Origin: Halarcobacter sp.
GTDB taxonomy: Bacteria; Campylobacterota; Campylobacteria; Campylobacterales; Arcobacteraceae
Length of the DNA stretch: 64,000 nucleotides
Direction of reading: 5' to 3'
Assembly (NCBI GenBank): GCA_048571215.1
Contig: CP182352.1
Location: 1,280,001 to 1,344,000, forward strand
Shown here: piece after piece, positions 19,959 through 29,606 of the stretch
Layout: every line of letters begins with the position of its first letter
Position numbering within the stretch: position 1 is the first letter of the stretch
Notes under the pieces: model-generated
What the model was told of the DNA's origin: nothing
Databases searched by the model: none
The model's input: the letters and a program-made list of their open reading frames with translations, nothing else
Program-made: the position numbers and the translations under genes

Positions 19959-20414
19959 ATGTCTTTTAAAATAACAGTTGATGAAAAAAATTATAACTTA
20001 GATATAAATCCTGATACTCCTCTTCTTTGGGTATTAAGAGATCACTTAAATCTTACTGGTACAAAATTTGGGTGTGGAGTAGGTAAATGTGGAGCCTGTA
20101 CCGTGCTTTTAGATGACAAAGCAGTTAGAGCTTGTCAAACCCCTATTAATAAAATAGGAGATAAAAAAATCACTACTATCGAAACACAAACAGATAAAAC
20201 CGTACAAAAACTACAAAAATTTTGGGTACAAGAAGATGTTGTTCAATGTGGATATTGTCAAACTGGACAAATCATGAATGCAACAGGTCTTTTAAAAACA
20301 AATCCAAAACCAAGCGATGAAGAGATAATAAAAGCTATGGATGGAAATATCTGTAGATGTGGAACATACAACAAAATAAAGACAGCCATAAAAGCTGCAA
20401 CAGCAGAGGTGTAA
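19959..20414 (+). CDS. iorA: (2Fe-2S) small subunit, isoquinoline 1-oxidoreductase/aldehyde oxidase family
   Basis: GTKFGCGVGKCGACTV, QCGYCQTG, NICRCGTY. Confidence 0.88.
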   Translation: MSFKITVDEKNYNLDINPDTPLLWVLRDHLNLTGTKFGCGVGKCGACTVLLDDKAVRACQTPINKIGDKKITTIETQTDKTVQKLQKFWVQEDVVQCGYCQTGQIMNATGLLKTNPKPSDEEIIKAMDGNICRCGTYNKIKTAIKAATAEV

Positions 20415-20415
20415 G

Positions 20416-22551
20416 ATGAAAAGAAGAGATTTTTTAAAAACAACTACAGCTGTAAGTGCAGCATATGTTATAGGGTTTTATATACCTACTAAATCAAGAG
20501 CTAGTGAACCTAAAAAAGAGGGAAAAACATTACAACCAAATGCTTTTGTTGAAATAACACCAGATAATAATATCAACTTTATTGTTGGACAAGTTGAGAT
20601 GGGACAAGGTACATACACAACATTAGCTATGTGTATAGCAGAAGAGTTAAATGTAGATTGGAAAGATATCAATATCGTACCTGCAAAAATAGCACCAGTA
20701 TACAATAGTGTTTTTGGTCCATTGATGATAACTGGTGGTTCATCATCTGTATATAGTAAACAATTGGAGATGAGAAAAATAGGAGCTGCTGTAAATGAGA
20801 TGTTAATCAAAGCAGCTGCAAAAAAATGGAAAGTAAGAGCTTATGATATTTATACAAAAGATTCAAAAGTTTTTAACAAAAAAACAAAAGAGAGTATGAA
20901 CTTTGGTGATTTAGTAAGTGATTTATCAACTATGAAAATTCCTAATAATCCTAAAATAAAAGAGCTAAAAGATTGTAAATTTGTTGGTAAGCCACAACCA
21001 AGACATCCAAAAGAGATGTGGGCAAAAGTTACAGGAAAAGCAGAGTTTGGGATAGATGTAAGAGTTCCAAATATGAAATATGCAGCAATTTACCACCCTA
21101 CTATTTTTGGGGCAAAGGTCAAAAGTTATGATGCAAGTAAAGCCTTAAAAAAAGATGGTGTTATAAAGGTAAAACAAATCCCTTCAGGAATTGCTGTTAT
21201 TGCTGAGCATTGGTGGATAGCAAAAGAAGCTTTATTTGATATAGATGTTGTTTGGGAAAATGATGATTTCAAAAATACAAGTGAAAAAGATATTGATGCA
21301 CAATATTCAAAACTATTAGATACAGATGGTGCGATTATGAGAAAAGATGGGGATAGCAAAAAAGCTTTTGCGAGTGCTGATAAAACAATCGAAGCTGAGT
21401 ATGATTTTCCATTTTTAGCCCATGCACCTATGGAGCCATTAGGAATAGTTGTACATCATGATAAAGACAAAGCAACTGTTTGGTCATCATCTCAATCACA
21501 AACTTTGGCGTTAGGAGCTATTACAAAAGTATTAGGGGTAAAAGGTGAAAATGTCACTTACCATACACCCTACTTAGGTGGTGCTTTTGGGAGAAGAGGA
21601 GCTATTAACCTTGACTTTGTTTTAGATGGAGCTTTTGTTTCAAAAGATGAAGAGTTTCCTATCATGACTTTATGGACAAGAGAAGATGATATCAAGATGG
21701 GTAACTATAGACCAAAATATAAAAACAAAGTAAAAGTAGCTTTAGATAAACATGGGGATATCACAGCATTTGATGCCAAAGTGGTTTCACAATCTATTTT
21801 CAAAGGTTCAGCTTTTGAAGCCTTTGGTTTCAAAGATGGAGTAGATGGTGCACAAAAAGAGGGATTGGCAGATCATCCTTATGATATAGACAGCAATGAT
21901 ATGCAAGCACATACTGTAGACTCTCCAATACCAGTATTATGGTGGAGATCAGTGGGGCATACACAAAGTTCACCTACAGTTGAAGGTATAGTTGATGAAG
22001 CAGCATTTGCTGCTGGTGTTGATCCTATCAAATATAGAATAAATATGCTAAAAGACCATAGATTTATAAATATCTTAAAAGATGTGGCTAAAAAAGCAAA
22101 TTGGGAAAATAGAAAAAAAGAGAAAAATGTGGGTTATGGTGTAGCTATTCACGAATCTTTTGGAACTATTTGTGCACAAATTGCAAAGGTAAGAGTTACA
22201 AAAGATGATTTTAAAGTGGAAAAAGTTTGGGCAAGTGTTGATTGTGGCTTTGCTTTCAATCCACAAAATGTGAAAAACCAAATAGCAGGTTCTATTAACT
22301 TTGGTATTGCAGCACTTAAATATAGTGAAATAACTATCAAAAATGGTGAAGCACTACAAAACAACTTTTATGACTATGTAGTTAGTAAAATCTCAGACTC
22401 TCCTGAAATAGAAGTAAGTGTTATAAACTCAGGTGAAAAAATAGGTGGTATAGGAGAACCTGGTGTTCCTCCAATCTTAGCAGCAGTACCAAATGCACTA
22501 TTTGATGCCACTGGAAAAAGATACCACTCTATGCCAATAAAAATAGGCTAA
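20416..22551 (+). CDS. iorB: Molybdopterin-binding large subunit (IorB-like), Tat-exported
   Basis: KRRDFLK Tat motif, EMGQG, AHAPMEP, GGAFGRR, WWRSVG, GGIGEPG. Confidence 0.88.
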   Translation: MKRRDFLKTTTAVSAAYVIGFYIPTKSRASEPKKEGKTLQPNAFVEITPDNNINFIVGQVEMGQGTYTTLAMCIAEELNVDWKDINIVPAKIAPVYNSVFGPLMITGGSSSVYSKQLEMRKIGAAVNEMLIKAAAKKWKVRAYDIYTKDSKVFNKKTKESMNFGDLVSDLSTMKIPNNPKIKELKDCKFVGKPQPRHPKEMWAKVTGKAEFGIDVRVPNMKYAAIYHPTIFGAKVKSYDASKALKKDGVIKVKQIPSGIAVIAEHWWIAKEALFDIDVVWENDDFKNTSEKDIDAQYSKLLDTDGAIMRKDGDSKKAFASADKTIEAEYDFPFLAHAPMEPLGIVVHHDKDKATVWSSSQSQTLALGAITKVLGVKGENVTYHTPYLGGAFGRRGAINLDFVLDGAFVSKDEEFPIMTLWTREDDIKMGNYRPKYKNKVKVALDKHGDITAFDAKVVSQSIFKGSAFEAFGFKDGVDGAQKEGLADHPYDIDSNDMQAHTVDSPIPVLWWRSVGHTQSSPTVEGIVDEAAFAAGVDPIKYRINMLKDHRFINILKDVAKKANWENRKKEKNVGYGVAIHESFGTICAQIAKVRVTKDDFKVEKVWASVDCGFAFNPQNVKNQIAGSINFGIAALKYSEITIKNGEALQNNFYDYVVSKISDSPEIEVSVINSGEKIGGIGEPGVPPILAAVPNALFDATGKRYHSMPIKIG

Positions 22552-22558
22552 AAAAAAG

Positions 22559-23449
22559 ATGTTTGAGAATAAAGAGTATTTAAAGTTTATTCAAAATAGT
22601 AAAGAAAAGAGTCTTGACTTAGTAGGAGTTAGTGTGATAGAAACATTAGGTTCTACTTATGCAAAGGCTGGAAACCTTATGCTTATAAACTCTAACTTTG
22701 AGTTTATAGGTGTTTTTGGAAGTAAACATCTACATAAACAAATCTTAGAGTATGCAAAAACTGCCTTTGAAGATAAAAAATCTCTATACTTTGAAAATAT
22801 TCCAAAAGATGAATCCTCTGGACATGGAACTAGTAAGTATTTGCTTCAAGTATTTTTAAAAAATGATGATTATGGAGTACTAGATCTTGCTTTAAAAAAT
22901 TTTGATAAAACACTTATTAGAAACATCAAAAATGATGAGTTTGAATTTAGTAAAGAAAAGCATGAAACAAGATATGAGAATGATAAATTCTATCAAGAGA
23001 TCAAACTCCCCTATTCTCTTCTAATCTTTGGTTCAGGTGCCCATGTAAGTTCTTTAATAAGCATGGCTAATCTTATGGGTTGGAAAACTACAGTTATAGA
23101 TATAAATATCAATAAATACTATATAAGTGAAGCTGATGAAATTATAGAGTTGGAAAACTTTGAAGATATTTTAACTATGAATTTAAACTCTTATAATGCT
23201 TCTGTTATATTAAGCCATAGTCCAAAAACTGATGATACTTATCTAAAAGCTCTGCTTAACTCTGAAATTGAATACATAGGACTTATGGGAAATAAAAAGA
23301 AGATGAAAGAGAAAAAAGAAGAGTTCAATCTAGAAAATGACAAAAGATTTTTTGCTCCTGTTGGTTTTGATATTGGTGGGAATACTCACCAATCAATAGC
23401 CCTATCAATTTGTTCACAAATAGAAGCTAGAAAAAATGGAAAAATCTAA
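22559..23449 (+). CDS. xdhC: XdhC/CoxI-family Moco chaperone
   Basis: GSTYAKAG, LIFGSGAH, YIGLMG, APVGFDIGG. Confidence 0.85.
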   Translation: MFENKEYLKFIQNSKEKSLDLVGVSVIETLGSTYAKAGNLMLINSNFEFIGVFGSKHLHKQILEYAKTAFEDKKSLYFENIPKDESSGHGTSKYLLQVFLKNDDYGVLDLALKNFDKTLIRNIKNDEFEFSKEKHETRYENDKFYQEIKLPYSLLIFGSGAHVSSLISMANLMGWKTTVIDININKYYISEADEIIELENFEDILTMNLNSYNASVILSHSPKTDDTYLKALLNSEIEYIGLMGNKKKMKEKKEEFNLENDKRFFAPVGFDIGGNTHQSIALSICSQIEARKNGKI

Positions 23450-24017
23450 TAATCTTGCTATTTTAATATTAGCAGCAGGAAGTTCCGTAAGACTTGGAGA
23501 ACCGAAGCAGTTATTAAAACTTCATGGAAAATCTTTAATAAATATTGCTATTGAAAAGGTACAAAATCTAGGTTTAAATATAACAGTAATACTAGGAGAA
23601 AATAGTGATAAGATAAAAAAAGAGATAAAAAATCACAATGTAAATATAATAAAAAATCCAAATCATAAAAAAGGTATTGGAAACACGATAGCTTTTGGAA
23701 TATCAAATATCAAAGAAGAAAAAGTGTTGATAATGCTTTGTGACCAACCCTTGATACCTAAAGAACACTATAAAAGCTTGATAGAAACCTCAAATAAAAA
23801 TCAAAACAAAATTATCTGCTCAAAATATCAAAATCAATACGCAGTGCCTGCAATATTTCCTAAACAATATTTTGAAGAACTAAAAAAACTAAACGTAGAC
23901 AAAGGAGCAAAACAACTTTTTGGAAAATATATCCCTATAAGTGTAAGCTTAAGTGATGATTACTGTTTAGATATAGATACCAAAGAGGATTTTAAACTCT
24001 TACTTAAAAAGATATAA
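23436..24017 (+). CDS. mocA: Molybdenum cofactor cytidylyltransferase-like nucleotidyltransferase
   Basis: ILAAGSSVRLGEPKQLL, LCDQP, DIDT; operon context. Confidence 0.82.
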   Translation: MEKSNNLAILILAAGSSVRLGEPKQLLKLHGKSLINIAIEKVQNLGLNITVILGENSDKIKKEIKNHNVNIIKNPNHKKGIGNTIAFGISNIKEEKVLIMLCDQPLIPKEHYKSLIETSNKNQNKIICSKYQNQYAVPAIFPKQYFEELKKLNVDKGAKQLFGKYIPISVSLSDDYCLDIDTKEDFKLLLKKI

Positions 24018-24537
24018 CTTTTTTATCCATACATTTTAATATCTCATATGTCTTACTCACATCATAAGTGGCACTATGATAAGAAAGTGGATCAAAATCT
24101 ATCCCATAAAATATACAAGTCTCATCTAACTTTGGGTTTTTGATATTGCCATTTTTATTTAAAGCTTTTACTATATGTTTGTTTTCTTTCATAGTACAAA
24201 AATGATTTTCAAACTTCACAAGTCTATCAAGATGTCTAAGTTCAAAGTTTATATTGTGAGCTATGAGAGTTTTAACACCACCACAAAACTCAACAAACTC
24301 TTCATCTTCGTTAAAATATGAACTATAATTAGCCCCATCTCTATGTGCAATAATCTTCTCAGGTGTAAGTTTATGAACCTCATAAGAGTAAGGATTAACA
24401 GGATATCGTGAAAGATAATATCTATGGAATTTGTCTGTAACTTTATAATCACCATCTATAAACTCTAGCTTTACAGCGGCAACCTCTATTACATCTTGAG
24501 GATTCATTGTGTTTGTTTCAAAATCTAAAATAATCAT
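24004..24537 (-). CDS. DEDDh 3'-5' exonuclease
   Basis: LDFET, AHNINFE, HSATYD. Confidence 0.85.
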   Translation of the reverse strand: MIILDFETNTMNPQDVIEVAAVKLEFIDGDYKVTDKFHRYYLSRYPVNPYSYEVHKLTPEKIIAHRDGANYSSYFNEDEEFVEFCGGVKTLIAHNINFELRHLDRLVKFENHFCTMKENKHIVKALNKNGNIKNPKLDETCIFYGIDFDPLSYHSATYDVSKTYEILKCMDKKVISF

Positions 24538-24659
24538 AAATGGATTATATCATGTAATTTATTTAATATCTCATCTAGCTTTGATAAAATCAAACAAATA
24601 TGGACACTAGAAGATAAAAAAAGTTTAAATAATTCTAAAGGATCAAATTACAAAAACTC

Positions 24660-25607
24660 TTAATCTTTCCACTTTGAACTCCACTGTTTTTGCTCCTCTT
24701 TTGTAAGAAAAGTCCAGATTATGATTCTACTTATTTTTTGCCCATGTTGCATCTCTATAGTATCATATAGATAAGGTTTGATATCCTCTAAAGCATCATA
24801 GATATAAGATAGATTGTCTTTTTTTGAGATGATAGTAGTAAACCAGAAGCAATTTTTTTCGTATTTTTTACTTTCTCTTATCATAGCTTTTACAAAGGCT
24901 ACCTCTCCACCTTTGCACCAAAGTTCATTGCTTTTGCCACCAAAGTTTAATGAAGCCTTATTTACTACTCTTTTAGTTAGGTTTTGAACCTTTCTTTTAC
25001 TTCCAGCTTGGGCTTCTTTTTGTGATTTGTGAAAAGGTGGATTACATAAAGTAAAATAAAATCTATCTTCATCTTTGATAATACCTGTAAAAATATTATT
25101 TGGATTTGTTTGGATTCTACACTCAATTTTACCATCTAAAGAAGGGTTTGATTTTATAATATTTTGTGAAGATTCTATGGAATCTTTTTCTATATCAGAT
25201 CCTACAAATGACCAACCATAAACACTATTTGCAATTATTGGATAGATACAGCTAGCACCAATACCAATATCAAGACCTCTTATCTTTGTTCCTGTTGGAA
25301 CTTTTCCATCATAAGACTTGGCTAATAAATCAGCAAGATAGTGAATATAATCTGCTCTTCCAGGGATTGGAGGACATAAGTATCCTTTTGGGATTGACCA
25401 TTTTGTATTATAAAAGTGTGATAAAAGTGCTTTGTTTAAAGTCAAAACAGCTTCAGCATTTGCAAAATCTATTGAAAGTTCATTGTACTTATTTTCAAAA
25501 ACAAAATCAGCAAGTTTTGGTAAACTTTTTATAAGTAGTGGGAAATCATATCTTTTATTGTGAGGATTTCTTGGATGTAAACCTTTTTTGTGTTGTTTAT
25601 GTGCCAT
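24660..25607 (-). CDS. rlmF: 23S rRNA (adenine(1618)-N6)-methyltransferase
   Basis: LHPRN, LCPPIPGRADY, LDIGIGASCIYP, CNPPFH. Confidence 0.95.
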   Translation of the reverse strand: MAHKQHKKGLHPRNPHNKRYDFPLLIKSLPKLADFVFENKYNELSIDFANAEAVLTLNKALLSHFYNTKWSIPKGYLCPPIPGRADYIHYLADLLAKSYDGKVPTGTKIRGLDIGIGASCIYPIIANSVYGWSFVGSDIEKDSIESSQNIIKSNPSLDGKIECRIQTNPNNIFTGIIKDEDRFYFTLCNPPFHKSQKEAQAGSKRKVQNLTKRVVNKASLNFGGKSNELWCKGGEVAFVKAMIRESKKYEKNCFWFTTIISKKDNLSYIYDALEDIKPYLYDTIEMQHGQKISRIIIWTFLTKEEQKQWSSKWKD

Positions 25608-25781
25608 AGTCTTATCTTAGTATATTAAATTTTTTTGTATTGTACTATAAGTTTATTATATGTATCTTGCAAAATATATAATTGATTTAAAAAGTTTTAT
25701 ATGAAATTTTACTTTTGCTAATCTTTCATAATATTTAATAATATGAATCAATTTTTATCTTATTTTTTATATTTTTATTGA

Positions 25782-26195
25782 TTATACTTCTTTATTTTCT
25801 TGTTTCTTTAGTAGTTCAATTATTTGTTCATTTTGTCTTCTTAGCTCTCTATTTTGAACTGATTTATCTGTAAAATCTGTAAAAAAGCCAGCAATAGTAC
25901 CACCAATAAATCCCGCTATACCTACACCAACATAAAATGAAAAAGCTACAATTGCTCTTCCTATTTCAGTAACAGGATAAACATCCCCAAAACCTATAGT
26001 ACTAGCTGCCATTTGCAATAACCAAAAAGCATCTCTATATGATGAGATATTTGCATTAATAGAACTTATTTCTGCATAATATAAAGGGATAGCAGCTATA
26101 GAGATATAAGTATAAAGGATCAGAAGTCCTAATATTATTTTACTCATAGGGTGCCATTCTTTTATTCCATAATCATCGATTTTATAAAGAGTCAT
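25782..26195 (-). CDS. Minimal two-TM potassium channel family protein (KcsA-like)
   Basis: Pore helix DAFW and filter STIGFGDVYP. Confidence 0.82.
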   Translation of the reverse strand: MTLYKIDDYGIKEWHPMSKIILGLLILYTYISIAAIPLYYAEISSINANISSYRDAFWLLQMAASTIGFGDVYPVTEIGRAIVAFSFYVGVGIAGFIGGTIAGFFTDFTDKSVQNRELRRQNEQIIELLKKQENKEV

Positions 26196-26447
26196 AAAAT
26201 TCCTTTTTTGATTAAGTGATTTATTATCACAATTAATTATATTAAGAAGTAATGTACTAGAATCAAGATTAAATTCACAAACTTTATATCATTTTTTACT
26301 TTTAAAATATACTAAAAGTTCATATTATAGGCAATCAAGGTATCTTCTATAACATATCAATTTTATAAAGTAAAACAAATCTAATAAATTATTTGATATA
26401 ATTTCTATAATTAATAATTTAATTTATTAAAATAAAGGATAAAAAAA

Positions 26448-26759
26448 GTGGCAACAGACTTTGGATTAGAAAAAGCAAAAACACAACAAAAAAGTGTTGT
26501 GTTAGCTTATTTACTTTGGTGGTTTCTTGGTTGGTTAGGTATTCATAGATTATATGCTGGAATGTCAAAATGGTGGTTATACCCAGTATTAGGGCTAGTT
26601 GGAGCTATTACTATTTTTATACTTGTAGGTTATATTATTTTATTAGGATTATTTATCTGGTGGATTATAGATGCAGTAAATCTACATAAAGTAATTCAAC
26701 TTCAAAACCTAGAAGTGATAGAAAACTACGAAAAAACTATGCAAACTCCAATGACATAA
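26448..26759 (+). CDS. TM2-domain membrane protein
   Basis: AYLLWWFLGWLGIHRLYAG. Confidence 0.85.
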   Translation: MATDFGLEKAKTQQKSVVLAYLLWWFLGWLGIHRLYAGMSKWWLYPVLGLVGAITIFILVGYIILLGLFIWWIIDAVNLHKVIQLQNLEVIENYEKTMQTPMT

Positions 26760-26788
26760 AATAGGGTTTTCCTATTTTATGTTTTTTT
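26754..26788 (+). terminator. Intrinsic terminator
   Basis: ACATAAAATAGG-GTTTT-CCTATTTTATGT followed by T-run. Confidence 0.75.
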
Positions 26789-26790
26789 AT

Positions 26791-27138
26791 CTATTTGATA
26801 AATCTTTTTTCTACCTCTTCATCTGTTAATTTAATATTGTTTTCATTTAAAAAAACAAACCAATAAGTATCTTCACCATCTTGAACTTCAATAACTAAAA
26901 CATTCTCTTCTTTATGGTTCTCAACAAACTTTTCAATTGCTTCGAGGGCAGAATATTTCCAATCTTCGTTGTTTCCTGCATCAACAAAAAAACAATCTTC
27001 ACATATAGAGAAAAGATAGTTTCCCGCACCTTAGTAAATTTCAAATGAACTATCATCGTTGTATAGTTTTTCATTTGTAAATGGGCAATATAAGCTAAAT
27101 TTTTTTTGATTTTTTGGTTTTAGAACTACTTTATTCAT
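26791..27138 (-). pseudogene. Hypothetical acidic Cys-containing protein interrupted by one in-frame TAA
   Basis: AGGA RBS; 116-codon frame MNKVVLKPKNQKKFSLYCPFTNEK...FEIY*GAGNYLFSICEDC...KRFIK; internal stop at 27031-27033. Confidence 0.65.
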
Positions 27139-27184
27139 AATTATCCTAAGTAATTAATTTTTTGGAATTATATTTAACTTTTTA

Positions 27185-27466
27185 TTAATACCTAGCCAAA
27201 ATCTCAATCAAATGAAAACCAAACTCTGTTTTGATAGGTCCATGAACTCTATTTAAATCCTCTTTAAAAACAATAGTATCAAACTCTTCTACCATATCAC
27301 CTTTTGAAAAAGTACCTAAGTTTCCACCACTTTTTTTAGAAGGACATTTTGAAAACTTTTTAGCAGCTTTTTCAAAAGTGATTTCATTTTTGATAATCTC
27401 TTTTTTTAGTTTTCTAGCTAACTTTTCGTTGTTTAATAAGATATGCCTAGCTGTTGCTTTTGCCAT
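27185..27466 (-). CDS. ppiC: Parvulin peptidyl-prolyl isomerase
   Basis: ARHIL, FSKCPS, GGNLG, TEFGFHLI. Confidence 0.92.
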   Translation of the reverse strand: MAKATARHILLNNEKLARKLKKEIIKNEITFEKAAKKFSKCPSKKSGGNLGTFSKGDMVEEFDTIVFKEDLNRVHGPIKTEFGFHLIEILARY

Positions 27467-27491
27467 TGAGTTCCTTTTTATATAATGGGAA

Positions 27492-27767
27492 TTATATCAA
27501 TTCTATTTTTAACTCTTTACCTAAAACATTGGCAAAACTTTGTAATGTAGATACTTTTATATCTTGGGCATGGTTTTCTATTCTTGATATAGCAGATTTT
27601 TTAGTATGAAGTTTAGCTGCTACTTCATCTTGAGTTAATCCTAACTCTTTTCTAGTAATTTTTAGTAACTCCCCTATTTTGAAATCTTCATATCCATTAT
27701 CAAAGTTTTTTGAAAACTCTTTATCTGTCTTTTTTCTTTTCTTAATATATCTATCTAAATCATCCAT
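27492..27767 (-). CDS. XRE/HTH antitoxin (HigA-like)
   Basis: LTQDEVAAKLHTKKSAISRIEN; overlaps toxin gene. Confidence 0.82.
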   Translation of the reverse strand: MDDLDRYIKKRKKTDKEFSKNFDNGYEDFKIGELLKITRKELGLTQDEVAAKLHTKKSAISRIENHAQDIKVSTLQSFANVLGKELKIELI

Positions 27768-28101
27768 TTAAATACTCCATCATTCTTTTTTGAGCTAATA
27801 ATATCTCTTTTCTAGGAATTTTTTGGTCTTTTTTTCTAAAACCATTTGTCAAAACTATTATTTTATCTTTGTGTTCAAAGCCTAAAAATCTAAAGTTATT
27901 GTTGCCATGTTGAACACGAACCTCTATAATATTATTACTATTGGTAAGTCTTTTTAAAAACTTACTTGAAACAATATCCGATTCTCTAATAAGTTTAAAC
28001 ACCCAAAGAACTTTTTGAACATCTTTAGCAGATAAAGAGTCTAAAAAATCATCAATAGGTGATTTCCCTAGTTTAGTCTTATAAAATAATATCTTTTTCA
28101 T
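27760..28101 (-). CDS. RelE/ParE-superfamily toxin (Gp49/HigB-like)
   Basis: IIEVRV, FRFLGF, LTNGFRKKDQKIP; toxin-first gene order. Confidence 0.82.
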   Translation of the reverse strand: MKKILFYKTKLGKSPIDDFLDSLSAKDVQKVLWVFKLIRESDIVSSKFLKRLTNSNNIIEVRVQHGNNNFRFLGFEHKDKIIVLTNGFRKKDQKIPRKEILLAQKRMMEYLNG

Positions 28102-28133
28102 AAAATGTTAACATATAAGTTAACTTTTGTCAA
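28102..28133 (-). promoter_or_regulatory. TA promoter/operator
   Basis: TTGACA-17 bp-TAACAT overlapping GTTAAC-N6-GTTAAC palindrome (28107-28124). Confidence 0.6.
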
Positions 28134-28144
28134 TATTTCATTCA

Positions 28145-29056
28145 TCAACTTATCCTTTCTAAAATATCAAAACTTTTTATATCCATCTTTGAAAAAGCAA
28201 ACCACTTTTTACCTAAGTCTTTTAGGCTTGCTCCTATATGATAAATCTCTTTATCATCAAGTATCAAAAACCTATCGTGGGAGTTTTCAAACTTTTTTAT
28301 CTCTATTTTTTTATATTGTGAATTGTATTTTTTAAAGTCTAGATTTAGTTGTTTTGAGATATTTTTAGTATATATGGTTACATCTACATTTTGATTTTTT
28401 GAAAATAATGTTAAGACACTATCATCCACATAGTTATCTATAAGTATTATTTTACTTTTTGCACTTCTTATTAAATCAGATACAAAAATATAGGCATCAA
28501 ACATTTGCCCGTCGTAAAATATTCCTTGTTTTGGTTTGATTGTTTTATCTTCTAGTGCATCAAAAAGTTTTTCAAATTTTTCATCTGTTTTTATTTCATA
28601 AGATATTTGCCTTTTTTCAACTAAATCAAGTCTTTTAAATATATCACCATTATGAGACAAAAATTGTCTCATCTTTACAAAACTATTTATGATATGGATA
28701 CTTGTCTGAATAGCTTTATCACTTTTAAGCACTGCTGAAAGCATTGAAACACCCTGCTCTGTAAATACATATGGTAAATATCGTCTTCCTCCATGATTTA
28801 AGGTCACACTTTGTGACCTTAAAGAATCATTTGAACTTGAGGCCGCAAATTGCGACCTCAAGTTTTGATATTCTTTTTCAGTAAGTTGAAAACGAAACTG
28901 TTGGGGAAATCGTGCAATATTTCTTTTTACTTGTTCATTAAGTCTTTTAGATTCCACATCATAAAGTTTTGCTAAGTCACTATCAAGCATCACCTGTACA
29001 TTTCTAACTGTATATATCTTGCTTTTTATATCCTCATCAATTATTAGTTCATTCAT
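28145..29056 (-). CDS. ORF6N (KilA-N-like) DNA-binding domain protein with PLD-like C-terminal domain
   Basis: VMLDSDLAKLYDVE, QVKRNIARFP, PYVFTEQGVSMLS; C-terminal SHDRFLILD...GASLKDLG. Confidence 0.85.
   Translation of the reverse strand: MNELIIDEDIKSKIYTVRNVQVMLDSDLAKLYDVESKRLNEQVKRNIARFPQQFRFQLTEKEYQNLRSQFAASSSNDSLRSQSVTLNHGGRRYLPYVFTEQGVSMLSAVLKSDKAIQTSIHIINSFVKMRQFLSHNGDIFKRLDLVEKRQISYEIKTDEKFEKLFDALEDKTIKPKQGIFYDGQMFDAYIFVSDLIRSAKSKIILIDNYVDDSVLTLFSKNQNVDVTIYTKNISKQLNLDFKKYNSQYKKIEIKKFENSHDRFLILDDKEIYHIGASLKDLGKKWFAFSKMDIKSFDILERIS
28797..28864. repeat. Two tandem palindromes inside the ORF6N coding sequence
   Basis: TTTAAGGTCACA-CTT-TGTGACCTTAAA (28797-28823) and AACTTGAGGCCGCA-AAT-TGCGACCTCAAGTT (28834-28864). 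Confidence 0.85.
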
Positions 29057-29211
29057 ATCACAGCCTTTATTTGAAATAAATATATCTATTATTTTTCTAA
29101 TATAGAAAAATATTAAATGGATAATAACATTAAAAAATATATTTATTTAAATATATTACAGATTGTAATATCTAAGAAGTTTTAATAAAATAGTAGAAGA
29201 TTAAATATTTA

Positions 29212-29595
29212 TTAATCACAAATAGGATTCAAGATATAAAAATCACACTCTTTATCTTTACTTATATAATCTTCATCTATTCTCAAATCACAAGACAAAT
29301 CTTCATAAAGTGCTTTTTCATCTTTACATACAAGAACTACAGTGATTTTATTTTCATACTTGATCTTTAAATCATAATCTTTAAAACTTTCCATTAGAAT
29401 AGGATTTTTAGTAGTCAAAAACTCTTTTATTTCGGATACTTCAATACCTCTTCTTTTGATTGCACTATTTGCTCTTTTTGTTAGGTTATTCAACTTAGGT
29501 TTTAATTCAATTAAACTATCATTTTTTAAAGAGCAGCCAGTAATTAAGTTAGCTACAAAAACAATCAATAAACTTCTTAGTAATATCTTTTTCAT
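29212..29595 (-). CDS. Putative lipoprotein
   Basis: MKKILLRSLLIVFVANLITGC lipobox; probable ATG at 29595 (track start 29616). Confidence 0.7.
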   Translation of the reverse strand: MKKILLRSLLIVFVANLITGCSLKNDSLIELKPKLNNLTKRANSAIKRRGIEVSEIKEFLTTKNPILMESFKDYDLKIKYENKITVVLVCKDEKALYEDLSCDLRIDEDYISKDKECDFYILNPICD

Positions 29596-29606
29596 ATTAT
29601 TTCCCT

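Noticed and set aside
24541..24662. Short open stretch between the exonuclease and rlmF
   Set aside because: No convincing start, RBS or motif.
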